A stretch of DNA of 64,000 nucleotides from Halocafeteria seosinensis (GCA_001687465.1 LVLI01000043.1:124001-188000), one strand, 5' to 3'. Counted from the first letter of the stretch, positions 46,101 to 60,145 are shown. Program-made: numbers and translations. The notes: generated from the letters alone by a model not told the origin.

Positions 46101-49100
46101 AAAGGGAGTCGAAGCTGCCGTTTCCTCAGCACAAGACTTCGCCTTTGATTCGTGCACTGTGGCTGCTGGGCTTGCCTTCATTTCCTCGCTTAATTTGGCA
46201 GCCTCCTGGTGGACGTCATTTTTCGCTTCAGTTTTTCGTAGGCCCTCGCCAACGGATGACGGCTTACTAGGTTGCGATTCTTGAGTGGTCGTCTCTGAGA
46301 GAACAGATGCCCTCGACAAATTTGTTGACGGAGTAACTTCAGTGCTGGTAGCTGGAGTATCGTCTCGGCTTCGTGGACGGGCTGATTCCTCATGGTTGGA
46401 AGAACCAAGGTTGTATGACTCTACTCGGTCAACGGTTTCCCCCGCATTGATTTCAGGCGTTCGCTGAGTCACCTCAGTTGGCTGTCCTACCGTAAGCTCA
46501 TCATGTGAGAAGCTCCCACTAACAGTGTCGTGTCTTTCCGTTGCCCCGCGGACTTTCCTTCCTTCCTCAAATGTAGCTACCTTGGAGAACGAAGCTGCTT
46601 GAGGATCAGTGCTCTTGTTAGACACAATAGAAGGTGGGGGCGTTGAGGGCTGAGGCGGCAACTTCCTGACACTGCCGCTTTTTTTCTTTCGACGAACTCT
46701 ATCCTCAGAACTAGACTTGGACAATGAAGAGGTGGCCATACTAGATTTAGGAGATTCAGCCCCTCTTGCCCCCGATACCGTGGTAGTCGTAGACCCACTT
46801 TCACCTTCAGTTGCAGGCGGTCGCGGGGGCGGACCCGGAGGAGATCTATTGCGTTCGCTGTCTTCACTTTGAATGCCTCCAAGCCGTGCGGGAGAGTCGG
46901 ATCGCTGCACACATCAACTCGGGCGAGTAAGTATATGGAATGGAAAAAAGTAAATGTGGGATACTTACGTCAGAAGGACGAACGCAATGAAGCGGCGAGT
47001 CAGACGCTGGAGACCTCGCAGAGGAAGCAATCGTGCTTTCGTATTCCTCTTGTACTGGCGAAAGCTCTGAGTACGCACGAAAGGAAAAACATTGGACGTT
47101 ATTGCACCCGACAGAGAAACGGGTTGGAAACAAAATGCTTACCATTGTCGCTATCTAAATGCTTACCATTATCTCTATCTTGTTTGTCGGTAGATACCTC
47201 CGCGTGTGCGATGACTTCCACAGATTGAGATTGCCAATCCAACGCTCCATACCCAGAAACCGTGCTCTGTCGACTAGTCTCCTCGTCTTTATTTGTATCA
47301 ACAATATTTGCAAACGGATTGTTCTTTTTCTTCTGTCGTTTCTTCCCTTGCTTCGTCGTAAAGTCGCTTCTTGTTTCTCCCGTTTGACCTACCAGCTGCT
47401 GATGGTGCTGCTTTACCTCAGCCAATGGGTTCATTTCACTACGGCTTCCATTGGTACAATGAGCATCGTACTTTGTCGTTACAGAGAGATACACGCTTAT
47501 TTCCTGAAACTGACGACTGTAATACTGAAGCAGCTCATTTGTTGGCGCATGCCCATTTGGGGCACACAGATGCGCATCCATCCTAAACGCGTGCTTGGGG
47601 AGGCCAGTGGTAACGATCACATGTTGCGCGCAAACACGCTCCAGTTCTTCTTCAGAAATTGAATAGAGTTTCCTTGTAACTTTCTGTGGGGAATGAGAGC
47701 TTCCATGTCCGCTGGCAGACATGTTGGTGTGAATCACAACATATAAGAAGGAAGGCATGTCCACAGAGCTCAAAGTTGTGCTCCCGACACCAGGAAAGAC
47801 AGTAGTAGCCAAAGAACGAGTGGAATCCACGCGAACCTCCTCTATCTTACTAGCTTTTAAAGGGCTCAGTGAAGTTTCCCCGCTGTGGGAATCAGAGCGA
47901 CCGGTTATATCATGAGTACTGGACCCAGTACCGGCCCTCGAGAAACCAACAGAATGCCTCTCATTACCTTGGTTGTGATTGTCATCACCCAGAGCACTTT
48001 TGTCGGCGGATTTTGATTCACCAACCTTGTCTTGCTGCGGCGATACAGACACTGTCTCTGTCGTCGTCTTTGCCAAAGCGGTTCCTATGGGATTAGTCAC
48101 TGCCATTGTGGAAGCAAGAGAGCTATGCTGGCCCACGAAATTCGATGATGAACCGGGGCTAGAGCTACTACGGCTTTGCACATCCAAACCAGAACGCGGA
48201 GATGCGCCATTCACAACCGTGGTTCTCCCGCTCTTATTCAACGGGGTGGACTCTCCCTGTGCGGGGTTTCGAGGGCGTTTAGGGACTGGTTCAGCTCGCG
48301 GTGGTGAGACGAGCTTAGCAGGGGCTTTCTCCTCGTCCGTTCTCCTCTCCTGCACTTGCGCTGGAGGACTAAAGTGGTGCTTTCCTTCTGTTTGATCGCG
48401 ATTCTGGCTTCTCGGTCCTATCAATGCACGGTTACTTGAACCATCCGACGTGAACAGCGATGGTTGTAAAGCATTCGAAGGTGGTCGCTGCTGCACGCTC
48501 GACTGAGGAGAAAAGTACCCATTTCCTGATGGAGCACTCTGAGGAAAGAAGGCCAAATTCTTGCTTTCATAACGTGGCTGGCCCGCTTGTCCCCCAGAAG
48601 CGGGAGACAATTTCTCCATTAAGGATTCTGTCCTTTGGCGCACTTCTTGCACCATTCGTAGCAAGGATTGTTTCTGGGAAGCAACATCATTACGTCCAAC
48701 CGTCCTCCCATTGTGCATAGTGCCGGGCGATCCCCCACTGTGCTGAAGTCTCGATGCCACGGATGCAGCTTGCGTTCGCGGGGTCGAGGAGGGAGAATCC
48801 ACTCTTTGCATACTCCCGGAAAGCTTTTTCGGGGGTGTTTGATACCCTCGACGATGCAGTTCCTGCAAGAACATGTTCATCTCCTCTCTCGCTTTCTGCG
48901 TTGTTTGCTCGATAGGATGCATGCTGCCCCCCGTCGCCCTAGATGAGGCTTGCGACGAGTCCGGACTCAATGTACTGGAGGTGTGAGATGGATGTTGTGC
49001 CGGCAATGCGCTCTCTGAAGACGCCATTGTGCTGGGGTGGCCATTCGAGGCCCGCCAACTCTGGAGGAAGCTAGTGAGCGCCGGGTTCTGTACCTCTTTC

Positions 49101-49255
49101 ACCACGCCACTACGTTCTGCACTATGAGGCCCTAACGATCGGTGCTTGTTCGTACTAGCTATATCAGCTTCGGTCTGTCCATGAACCCCATTGGCGGTCT
49201 CTGTGGAGCCTCTTGATGCCGGGGTTGTGCCTGAGAGCTGTTCCTGTCCATCCAT
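43101..49255 (-). CDS. Very large Ser/Thr/Pro-rich disordered protein with repeated KPGPPP motifs (3 exons)
   Basis: ORF 47099-49255, small exon ~47067-46968 and ORF 43101-46910, joined by GTAAG...AG introns. Confidence 0.75.
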
Positions 49256-50023
49256 TTCCCGTGCCGATTACACAACACTTACGTTCACCATCCACGCAAC
49301 AATGGCATCACCCGATAGAGGATCGTCTTCTTGTTCTGATGAGCCCCGAATTTCTTGTGCTACACACAATCCTGGGGGGCAATGCCATCCTAAAGGGCTC
49401 TGCGCGGGCTTTTTCCGTTGAACTTGAGGTTCAACTTCACAAAGCATTCACTGAAAAGACTTCGAAGTTTTGAAGTTTAACTTCCGAAGCGAGACGAAGT
49501 TTTCTGTGTCAGTTTGGAACGAGGATCCCACGTCAATTCCATACATGTATCCTAATGGTGCCCGTATACGTATGGTACTGTTCACATCGCACCGTTGGTA
49601 TTGTCGTACATAGGTAATTGGAAGTGCAAGTTACTACACACTGTACTCATCTGGATACTCATCGTAGACTAAGGAAGGCTGCTTCAAACTTAGACCTACA
49701 AGAGACCTTAAACGTGCTTTATTCTTCCTACTTCGTGATATTCTTAACACTCTTTGGACAGCTGCTAAAGCAATGAGCAGCCTAGCAAGTAAAAGACAAA
49801 AGCAAGCCGAAAGCGGTAAGCACACGAAACTCACCCCTGTTGTTTGTAAAACGCAAAATTATAACATCCAAATTTGCAGGATCCGGCGATTCTGGGACCT
49901 CACTTGAGGAAAAAATTTTGCCTCTGGAGAAGTTCCCAAGCAGTACGCCCAAGCGTTGGACGACACAAGGAGAACTCGTGAGAGTAAGATACCATTCTTG
50001 CAGACCTCTAAGCCTCTTGCAAT

Positions 50024-51154
50024 GTGACTAACAAATATCTCCCCCCTATGCAGCTACAACAAAAGTTTAAGGATCTTTCTGCGATCAGAAAAGAGAGCCT
50101 GGAATTTGAACGCGAGGAGTATTGCTTTGATGGTCATTACGACAAGTCAAGCAACACTACGTGTTCTATGATCATGGCAAACAATTTCATAGATAAAACG
50201 GAAGTATACCAAAAGGTTGTCCCTAAGTATGAAGCGGGACAACACTGCTTTAGCGTGCAGTTTCCTGAGGGTGGAGGGAAGACGGCACTCATAGACTTCC
50301 TGCAGAGTACCCTGTCAATCCCGCGAAATACGACCAATGAGGAATACAAGAAATTCGTGAAACGTTTACGAACCATGGAAGATGGCGACTTTTTTATTGA
50401 ACAACCATTGTCTTTTTGTCTACGCATCGATTTTGCGGTGGACACTATTGAACGTGCACGGGAAGCGGTGCGCTCAGCGTTCATTGAATGTGGTGTTCAT
50501 ATTCGTCGGGATGACAATATGACCTGCGCAAATATCTTTTGGGAAGGTCTGGAGGGACTGACATTGGTATGGAAAGCAGTAAGGCCTGCTGAAAGCCCGA
50601 TGTTCAAGGCTGTAGTACTGGTAGATGGGATGGATGAGTCATGGAAAGATCAAGCTTCTGTATCTGAACATTTTCCGGGGCGACAACTACTACGGGAAAT
50701 TACATACATAACAAATGTGCTAAAGGCAGAGAGCGGAATCTTCAAGTTGATGGTCCTAACGACTGCAAAACCATTGCCTGGCCTTGGGCTCTCGAGTCTG
50801 GATTTGACGGAAGTCTCCGATAGACAATGGTTCGAAGGCTTGACCGGCGTCACACGGAGTCAGGTTCAAAAAGCAATTGATGCTCTTCCAGATTCTCATT
50901 CTTTGATAGAGGCGTACAAGAAAGCACGAGAAACGGGAGATTTTGGGAAGTTAACGGAATGTAGAATTAGTTCTTGTGAAAATCCAGTGGATTACTTTAT
51001 GTTGGAATACCAGTTGGAGCGTCCAGTCACCAGAAGGTATGGATATGGTGATTTTGATTCACCGAGTCTTGAGCCCGTTGCTGCTCCCGGTAAATTGTTC
51101 AATTTTATTACCGAGTTAAGGGAGCTTTGCCCTCGTTGCCCTGTAAAGGAATAG
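50024..51154 (+). CDS. Divergent AAA-ATPase-like (PF09820-type) protein, intronless, probably truncated
   Basis: FIDKT, FPEGGGKT, LRIDF, VVLVDGMD, GLSSLDLTEVSDRQWFEGLTGVT follow the motif order of that family; start codon uncertain. Confidence 0.6.
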   Translation: MTNKYLPPMQLQQKFKDLSAIRKESLEFEREEYCFDGHYDKSSNTTCSMIMANNFIDKTEVYQKVVPKYEAGQHCFSVQFPEGGGKTALIDFLQSTLSIPRNTTNEEYKKFVKRLRTMEDGDFFIEQPLSFCLRIDFAVDTIERAREAVRSAFIECGVHIRRDDNMTCANIFWEGLEGLTLVWKAVRPAESPMFKAVVLVDGMDESWKDQASVSEHFPGRQLLREITYITNVLKAESGIFKLMVLTTAKPLPGLGLSSLDLTEVSDRQWFEGLTGVTRSQVQKAIDALPDSHSLIEAYKKARETGDFGKLTECRISSCENPVDYFMLEYQLERPVTRRYGYGDFDSPSLEPVAAPGKLFNFITELRELCPRCPVKE

Positions 51155-52318
51155 GTGCTGAAGATTCCGTGAGTATCACCAGTTTGAAAGATTGAGCCTG
51201 CAATATCCTTGCGTTACATTCCGGTTGTAGTACAGAGGTGTATCAATTAATTCTGGTGCCATTTGTTCCAACTGCCCACGGACCTGAACTACCTGAAGAA
51301 CGTATTGCATTTCATGAATTTGGGAAGACCACTGAATTACCATTTATTCATTAGCTATATTAAATAACGACGCGCGCGTGTGTACAGTATGCAGTACCAG
51401 CTTCCACGACAGTCTGTGACTCCACTTGCACATTCGTACTCACTCGTACACCAGTAATTCATACTAACCACCGTACCTTATGCAGTGCAATAGTAAAAAG
51501 TGATACGTTAAGATTGCTTCCTCCAAGTCACGCGCAACCGGTACACTTGTATTGCCGCATTTTGTTTTAAATTCCACTGTCTGCCGGGCCCAAGGCCCGG
51601 ATCCGGGCTCTGTTTGAAAGGGCTGTCTTCCATTCCTCGCTGCAGGCATTTTCATTTGGTTGTGATGATTTGCCACATACGAGTTTTAGGGTTGATTTAT
51701 TCAATGAGAGAGTGTGTTTTTCCTTGTCGCTTGTATCAAGCATTTTGTAGCCTTTCTTCGGCTTGGTGGTAGACGAAGGGGAGCTTCAAAATTGTATTAT
51801 TCATCGTTGGACACCGAAACGAAACCTTTCTAGCATTCATTCGCTGTATACGAGTGTTGTGTACACGGAGGAGAGTGTGTGTTGCGTCTTATAGCGCCGG
51901 TACGAGAGCTTTGGCGCCCTGAAGAGTCCCTCAAAACAGGACGGAATCGAGGGAAAAGATCATCACTTTGGAGGAGTAAGTCATCCAGAGCATGGATATT
52001 CCCCCTGTTCTTGGGTCAGATTCGTGTAGATTTCATTTTGGATCCCGGAAAGGGCTCTGGAGAGGGCCCGATCCCGGCGGGTTGAAAAATTTGAATTCCT
52101 CCCTTCTGTGGCTGAGGGCTTGTTGGGCCTCCTCTTCGCTTTGTGGCGACGGTAGGTCACTCAAGTGCTAACGTTCCCCGGGGCTCTACGCCAAGGGGAG
52201 CCAATAGGGGACAAACGCACAGGGGCTTTTTTGTCGTTTTCCGAAGGGGCCGTTAAACTCGCCGAATTGATTGTCGTGACTAATGGGAATCCTAACGTGC
52301 GGGCTTGCAGGTAATAGA

Positions 52319-55300
52319 ATGTCGGAAACGGATTTAACACCAGCGGGAAGACCTGTGCGGAGTGCGCGCCGCAAGACTCCTCAGACAGAAGAGAACAAAG
52401 ATCGCTATGAGCTTCCTGAAGATGACGAAGAATTTGAGAAGTTGTTAGGCGAGGAACGCCGTGACCAGGACAAGGACGATTCCGAAGAAGAAGAGGCGAA
52501 TAAGGGTCCCGATTTGAAAATAGAGCTGATTGTCGCCAGACGTCCGAAACAGTTCGAGGAAGTCGACCCAGATGTTCCCGAGGATCGCTACGAATATTTG
52601 ATCAAATTCGTCGGGAAAAGGTAAGTCGACTGCTTCGCTCCCTCGTATTAGCATCTATCTATCATTCCGAATTGCCACTGGTGCAGTTATCTTCATGTAG
52701 AGTGGTTCACCTACCAAGACATTGTTGAGTTAAATCCCAGGTACAAGTCTACAGTGAGAAAGTTTAATCAGAGATGGGAGGCAGAGCATGTTGCAGACGA
52801 AGAGGATATCGAAGAGTACTTTGATCCTTCGTATTGTGAAGTTGACAAAATCCTTGCCCAACGAGACGCCGATCACCTGGTTACACCACCGCATGTATGG
52901 GAAATAGACTCGGAAGGGTTCGACACCAGGGTAAATAAAGAGAATGGCAACACAGACGACAAGGAGAACAATCAAGACGAAGAAGAACCTAAAACTAGTG
53001 TCCAAATTAAACGGGAACGACTGTTCCTGGTCAAGTGGAAGAACCTTGGTTATCATCAATGCACATGGGAATGGGAAAGTGATGTTAACGATGATATCGC
53101 CGTTAGTAGGTTTCTTCGCTCAAATCGGCCCCCTTCAGATGCAGAGCCAGATAATTCGGAACTTCTCCGCTGTAAATATCCCAAATTTTATTGGGGAAGC
53201 ACCTTGAATGTGTACACAGCGGACTCTAGTGAAGCTCATCCGCATCCTGTTCGTCCACCGAAAGAGGCCGAATCTAGCGAAAGTGAAGGCTCGGGCTCGG
53301 AGTCTAGTTCTACAAACGGTAGCGATTACTCGTACAGTTCTGATGCAGATTCAGACTTTGGTGAAGAAAATGGGCGTCAACGCGGGAAACCCACACCCAG
53401 CTCAGCGAAGAAGGTTCCGCAGAATCAACAAGCACCCACAAAAAAGCCCGACAAGCAGTCCAAGAAGCACCTCTTAAGAGCTGCGGTCATCGCGACACTG
53501 AAGGATAAGCACCTTCATGAGCGGGAGGTAGCTGAAGCATTGGATATGGTACAGAACCATGCTCTTCACAATTGGCTTCACTACAGTAACAGCATCTCGG
53601 ACGCTCAAGAAGGCCGAATATTGCGCTGGCTAGCTGCTGAAGCTCCTTTGGACTGGCGCCGAAAATTCAAGGAAATCTGGGAGTGCCCGGCGAACGTAAA
53701 GGAACGGTACTCTATTCATAGACTGCATCTTCGCCGTGAAATTGGGCTGAAATACGACGGCTTGCCGTTGGTGCAGTTGGGAAATCCCGGTGCGTCCGTC
53801 AGTACGTATGAACACGGACACAAAAGCCTGCCAAGGGAAGAAATTAAGCATTTGAAAGTGAGCAATGGTTGGGATCCTCATGATTTCAATTCGAGGCTGC
53901 GAGCGACTGAACTGAGTTTTCATATTCATGGGACTTCTAGTGAAAATTCACCGACGCAAATGACCAAAAAGATGATGTTGATACCTCTCTCCCAGATGTC
54001 CTCATTAATACTATCTGCCTGTGCGAAGAAACCAGGAATGAAGCTAAACGCATGGCAACAACATGTCATTCGTATGTCTAACCAGGCTCCACCTCACCCA
54101 GACCAGTATAATTCGTTTTGGGCCCGGTCGGAGTATTCTGCGAGACGAGCTTTACGCAAAGCCTTTGGTCTGCCAAGTTCGGATAGGGTGAGAAAGGGTG
54201 AACTGGATGACGAGGGATATTTTAGAGACTTGCAGGCGGCAAGGCGGGACCGGGACGCGCAGAAATTGCGCATGCGCGCGAGAATCTTACGAATTCGGTA
54301 TCCCCACAAATCACCCGAAGAGATCCAAAATATGATTCGGTACGGAAGGAGTGTAGACTACGAGCAAAATATGAAACTTGACAGTGAAGAATCTGATGGA
54401 TGGTCCTCTGTCTCTGCCGATGAAGAGGATCTAATCAAACCGGCCAAAAAGCGTCCCCAACCCAATCGCCCCTACGTTCCCTACTATAAGTCTCGGTCTT
54501 GTCTCCGTCATAGAGTCCATGAGGATGTTGTGACGGATTCCGACTCCGACAACGACGAAAATGTTAATGTCGGGTGTTATCCCTTGAAGGTGCGCTTGAA
54601 AAAGGGACCTCTGAGCCCAGAAGGTGTGCAAACCTACCAACGGTGCAGCCAACTGCCCGATATTGAGAACTCAGACAACGAAGACTATCCCCTAACGTTA
54701 AGACTGAGTCAAAAACGTGCCCGAGAGCGTGGTGGCGCTAGACTACTACGATTTGTCGTCGCTACACCGCCTCCACAGAGTGTAGGTACGAAAGAAGACG
54801 ATACGCACGAGGAATCCGCTGAGGCGGAACACGTTGAGCTAGGGGAGGGCCCTGGTAAAGAGGCTCCTACTTTGAGTATCGAGGGAGATAAGTCTTTGTC
54901 GGAAAATGTGTATTTGGCGTTTCGAAACAAGCTTAGTTTCCTCGACAATACTGGTAAGAGTTTGACCGAAATTCCCCTCCCGCATTTGCGGACGAGGCTT
55001 ACTGTTTTGAGGCACTTGATATATGTTGGAGGCCGTTGGATATTAAGATTCTTGGATGATACGAACTTTGTGTCCAGCTTCCCGCCAACAATGGATAAAC
55101 GCTCTAAGCCTCGAACGGCTTTAATGGAAACGGAAGCAGCTGCGCTTTTTCTATCGTATCAATTTTTCTCTACGAAGGTTGCCGAGCTAATGCGTGAGCG
55201 CTGGTCCGCCTTAGATCCCAGTATTGTGGAGGCTGAAGCTAAAGGGGAAGATGTGGATCGTTCGACCGATATGATGAAATGGCAGAAAAGTGTGCATTAC

Positions 55301-58300
55301 CATTTAGGACCGACTCCACCTCGGGACGAATTCTCACTGGATACTTCAGAGTACTTCAAGGATGCTGAGGAAACCGAGGAAGATGATAGTAAAGTTCTAA
55401 AACTAGGAGCGGAGCCTCAGTTCGATAGTGCAACTGCCTCGAGTAGTTTGACTGCTGATACAACTTTTGCGCAGACCTACAGTAAGCCTGCGGAGGAGAG
55501 TCGTGTAGTTGCGCCTCATGACCCTAATGTCAAACGGGCTCCAAATACAGGGGTACGGTTGAACTATATTGATGTTGAGGATGCTCCGGTATTTGTACCC
55601 CCGAAGAGTGAAGCACCAATCCCTCCTCGGATGCGCCGAGGAAGTGGATTTAAACCGCTGCGTGCATCGCCGCAGTACCCTGGAGGTAAGACGTTGCGGT
55701 CGTACCAAGTTGAAGGCCTAAACTGGATGATTCAATCATGGCACGCTGGTCGCAATATTATTCTAGCTGATGAAATGGGTCTGGGAAAAACGGCTCAAAC
55801 TGTTGCTTTTCTTCACTACCTGTTCACCGTTGGTGGAATCAGAGGGCCTTTCTTGATTGTGGCTCCGCTTTCAACCATTGAGCATTGGTCCCGAGAAGTG
55901 GAAGTATGGTCTGGTGGTGGTCTCAATCAGTGTTTCTACCACGTTGCAGCTGGGGTCGGACGAGATGTTCGCGCATTCGTTCGTGAATGGGAGTGGTACT
56001 ATCCAGGTTACAAGAGGAATACCCACAAGTTTCACGTTCTGATTACTACCTACGAAGTTGCAAAAGCAGATGCTGATTATCTTGCCCCGATCCCTTGGGA
56101 AGCTATGATCATTGACGAAGGACATAAAATACGAGGCCCTCACTCCGTGACAAAGGAAATCTTACAGAACAGACTTTCCGCGAACTTCAAGATGCTACTT
56201 ACAGGAACTCCCTTGCAGAACAACACTACCGAGCTTTGGTCGTTATTGAACTTCCTTGAACCGGACAAGTGGGGAACAGCAGCCGAATTTGAGTCCGAGT
56301 TCGGAGACCTGCGGACAACGGAGCAGGTAAGCCGTTTACAGCGCGTGATTGGACCGGTTATCTTGCGTCGTGTCAAAGAACAAGTTGAAAAGAGTATCCC
56401 TAAGAAGGAGGAGACCATAATTGACGTCGAGCTGACTATGTTGCAAAAGCAGTATTACCGAGCTATTTTCGAAAAGAATCGCATGTTTCTATACCGTGGT
56501 TGTGACAAAAACAATCTGCCTGCGTTATCGAACATAGAAATTCAACTGCGAAAGTGCTGTAATCATCCTTACTTGATTTCTGGTGTTGAAGACAAGGACA
56601 TGATTGATGGGGAATCGGATATGCAGCGGGCTGCGGAAACTGAGGTATCCAGAGCTGAAGCCAACGACAAAGGGCAAGAAAATGGACAGAAAGATAATAC
56701 TAACGATGCTACGAGCAGGTATGAGAGTGACAATGCAGCAGTACATGCTATGGCCTTGAGCAAGACACAGGTTGCGTCGCAAGGGACGTCGTTGAATGGA
56801 GGGGACAATGCCGGGGCATGGAGAGAAGAAGAAGAGGAGGATGGAAGGATCTCTCCCACCACTGGTCACAGAGGCCTCAAGTCCCCGTTGAGACACAGCA
56901 AGCACCATCTTAAGGGTATAAGCGTCCATTCTCAGCCTAAAGATCCCTATGAAAGTGCCTTAGCACGGCAAAAGTTGAACAGGCTTGTCGCGTGTAGCGG
57001 GAAAATGGTCCTTATGGACAAGCTTTTACCCAAGCTCCGAGCAGAGGGACACAAGCTACTCATTTTTTCCCAGATGGTTCGAATGCTTGACATAATGGAG
57101 GATTATTGTCGGGGTCGTGGGTTCCCCTATGAACGCATTGATGGGGGTGTCCGCGGAAACGATCGCCAGGCTGCTATTGATCGTTTCCAAACGGATCCAA
57201 ATTCCTTCATATTCATGCTTTCTACTCGTGCAGGAGGCGTTGGTATCAATTTGACTGCTGCTGATACTGTTATCATATTTGACAGTGACTGGAATCCGCA
57301 AAATGATATCCAAGCCACCGCAAGAGCGCATAGGATTGGCCAAACGCAAGAAGTTAAGGTTTATCGCCTTTTGACACGAAACACGTACGAAGCGAAAATG
57401 TTTGAACGCGCGTCTAAGAAATTGGCATTGGATCAAGCCGTCTTGGGTGGCGGAGAGATGGAAGAGCAGGGTGGGAAACGAAAGAGTAAGAGTGTTAAGC
57501 AAGCGGAAGAACTGGAGAGTCTGCTACGGCATGGAGCGTACGGTGCGCTAAGTGGAGAGGGTGAAGATCTTAGTCGGAAGTTCGTAGAAAGCAGTATCGA
57601 TCAGCTGCTTAAAGTGAATACTAGAACTGTGGAGGTGGACAATAACACTGGCTACAGCGTATTCAAGTCTTCATTTTCCCTGGATGAGGCAGAAAAGAAG
57701 GGGGACGATATTGACATCAATGCCAAGGACTTTTGGGAACGTGTCTTGCCGGGGTATGTTTCGGCGGCTAAATTGCTAGACGAATTGAACAGCGGCCAAG
57801 CCACGAAAACAGCTGAGTCCCGTAGAGAATTCATGGATAAGGTCGAGAAGCTCGTTACTGGACTTAAGGAGATGCGAGAAAAAGGTGAACTGGACGAGAG
57901 TGGCTCCTTCTCCCTAGGCTCCTTGGGGGAATCAGAAGTGGGCACGGCTTGCTCTCTGCTAGTACAAGTAAGCGCGATGAAGAGCGTATTTAGTGACGAA
58001 GATATCTCCCGGGCTACTGAATGGCTTGAAATGCTTGAAGGAACCCGTGTTAGGAGCTGTCGTAACCAAGAATTTGGTGGCCGCTTTGAAGGAGATATGG
58101 GGAATGATTTTGGTGTTAGAATCGGCCGAAACAAGCCTGGTCGAAAGAACAAGAAAGCTGATAAGAGACCACGCCGCCGCCGCGGAAATGAAACTGACAG
58201 TTCTGTTTCTGATCTAGAGGATAGTGATGAAGATGGCGAAGCTGGTTATGATGATGACGAGGAGGAGAGTGCTCCTAAGAGGTCAAAGAAAGATGATGGT

Positions 58301-60145
58301 AAGGATGGATCGTCGATGTACTATCGCGCTGAATGGGGTTGGAGTATACCTGAACCGGATGAAACTATGGAATCAAAGCGCCAGGCCTTTTGGCGAGAGC
58401 TCAACAAAGCGTTGGATGAGAATGATATACCTCAGCGAAGCCGGCGTTGTCCTCTTTTGGGAGGAAAACCACTCGATTTGTGGACCTTGTGGAAAGAAAT
58501 CATCCAATCTGGAGGCAATGAAAAGTTGACGAAGACTGGCGGGGCATGGACCCAATTGTTTAAGAAGTTGCCGAACTACAAGAAAAGCGAGACTAGTGCC
58601 ACATTCAGACTGAAGGGTATGTATAAGAAATGGCTTCAGCTCGTTGCAAATAAATTTCCTCCTCAGTTTGACGAATCTAAGGCTGAAAAGAACCCCAACC
58701 TATCGGAAGAAGAAGACTTCACGATCATTCCCAAAGCCAAAGCGCGGCAGCAAGATGCAACTGCGTATTTCAAAGAGTTTGAAGCAGAAGCACAGGAAGC
58801 TATTAAGCAAAGAGAAGCTAAGTCTTCGAAGAAGGGCACAGGTAGGAAGAGGCAGAGGAAGAACGATGATGATGACGGTAGCACAACCAAATCTAAGGGG
58901 CGAAAGAGCAGCAAAAAGAAGAGTACCCCTGAGCTTGGGTTAGGCGATGACGAAGACCAAACGCCTCGTGGAAAACGTCGGGCCGCACAACGCCTAACTT
59001 ACAACGAGGATGAAGACGATTCGACTGCATTCGATGACGATAATTCCGTGTTCAATGTTGACTTCGATCAAGAAGGGGGAACTGCGACGCCTTCTACTGG
59101 TAGAAGGAAAGGGAAGACTCCCCAGAAGAGAAGCAAGAAGTCTCCCGGTACTGGTAACAAAAAGAAACGTCGGCGTTTTAAAGAAGAAGAAGTGAACCTG
59201 GATGATGTAGTGCCGGACGAAATTGATGACTCCTGGCATGACAGCGACCAAGAAGAAGAACGAGCAGATGAAAATGGCGATGTAATTCGCGTACAGAAGC
59301 CTCTCGTCTGTGCTTTATGTAACAATACCAAAATATTCCCCGGTGCAGCCAAGCGTGTGGATGCGGCCACGCATCAAACAAGTGCGTCGAAGGGGGTGCC
59401 ACGGGAAGCAGACTCTGACACACCTGATACTTGGGACGAGGATACAGGCCAGTTCTTACTTCCTTTCGTTGCAAGTGGGAGCAATACAGAAAATAAAAAG
59501 CTGGTGCACGTTCACCAATGGTGCGCTGAAATGTCTCCTGAGGTCTTCATTAACGACGAAGGGCGATACTGTAACGTGGTTTCAGCCATCAACAGAGGAA
59601 AGCAACTGAAATGCGCCGGTTGTGGCAATGTTGGCGCGACAATTGGCTGCCAAATTGATTCCTGCAACAAGAGTTATCACTTGAAATGTGCTATGGAGAG
59701 TGGTTGGGAGTTTGGTGAAACCGGAACTCTTGTGCAATGGTTCGGAAATGAGGCAGACCCTCGTGCATACTATTGCAAGCGCCATCGAGCAGAGATCGGG
59801 TTGCCTTGTTATGAGCCAAAGGAAACCATTCATCCGAGTGCCTTGAAAGAGAAGAAAGAGGAACCTCCACGTATGAGCAAGTCAGAGGTACGCTCGGCAC
59901 AGCGATATCACACAAACGATGACGACAAGACCGTAATCAAGCTTCGAGCAATCCGATGGGTAGACGCTGACGAATTCGACACGCTTGCCGAGAAGCCAAA
60001 GGGCAATGTAGGTTTGCTTCGGTGGCCCGAGAGCTTCGAGGAGACACGGACCACTCCCACTGGGAGAGATCCTGGCTCTCTTCAGAATGTCTACGAGGCT
60101 GCTATCGTGCATCCCGTGTTGCAAGAAACCCGCGTGTATCGCTAG
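52319..60145 (+). CDS. CHD (CHD6-9-type) chromatin remodeller with chromodomains, SNF2 ATPase, ARID and extended PHD
   Basis: Intron 52621-52686; EYLIKFVGK|SYLHVEW, FLVKWKNLGYHQCTWE; ILADEMGLGKT, IIDEGH, KEETIIDVELT, DSDWNPQNDIQATARAHRIGQ. Confidence 0.93.
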
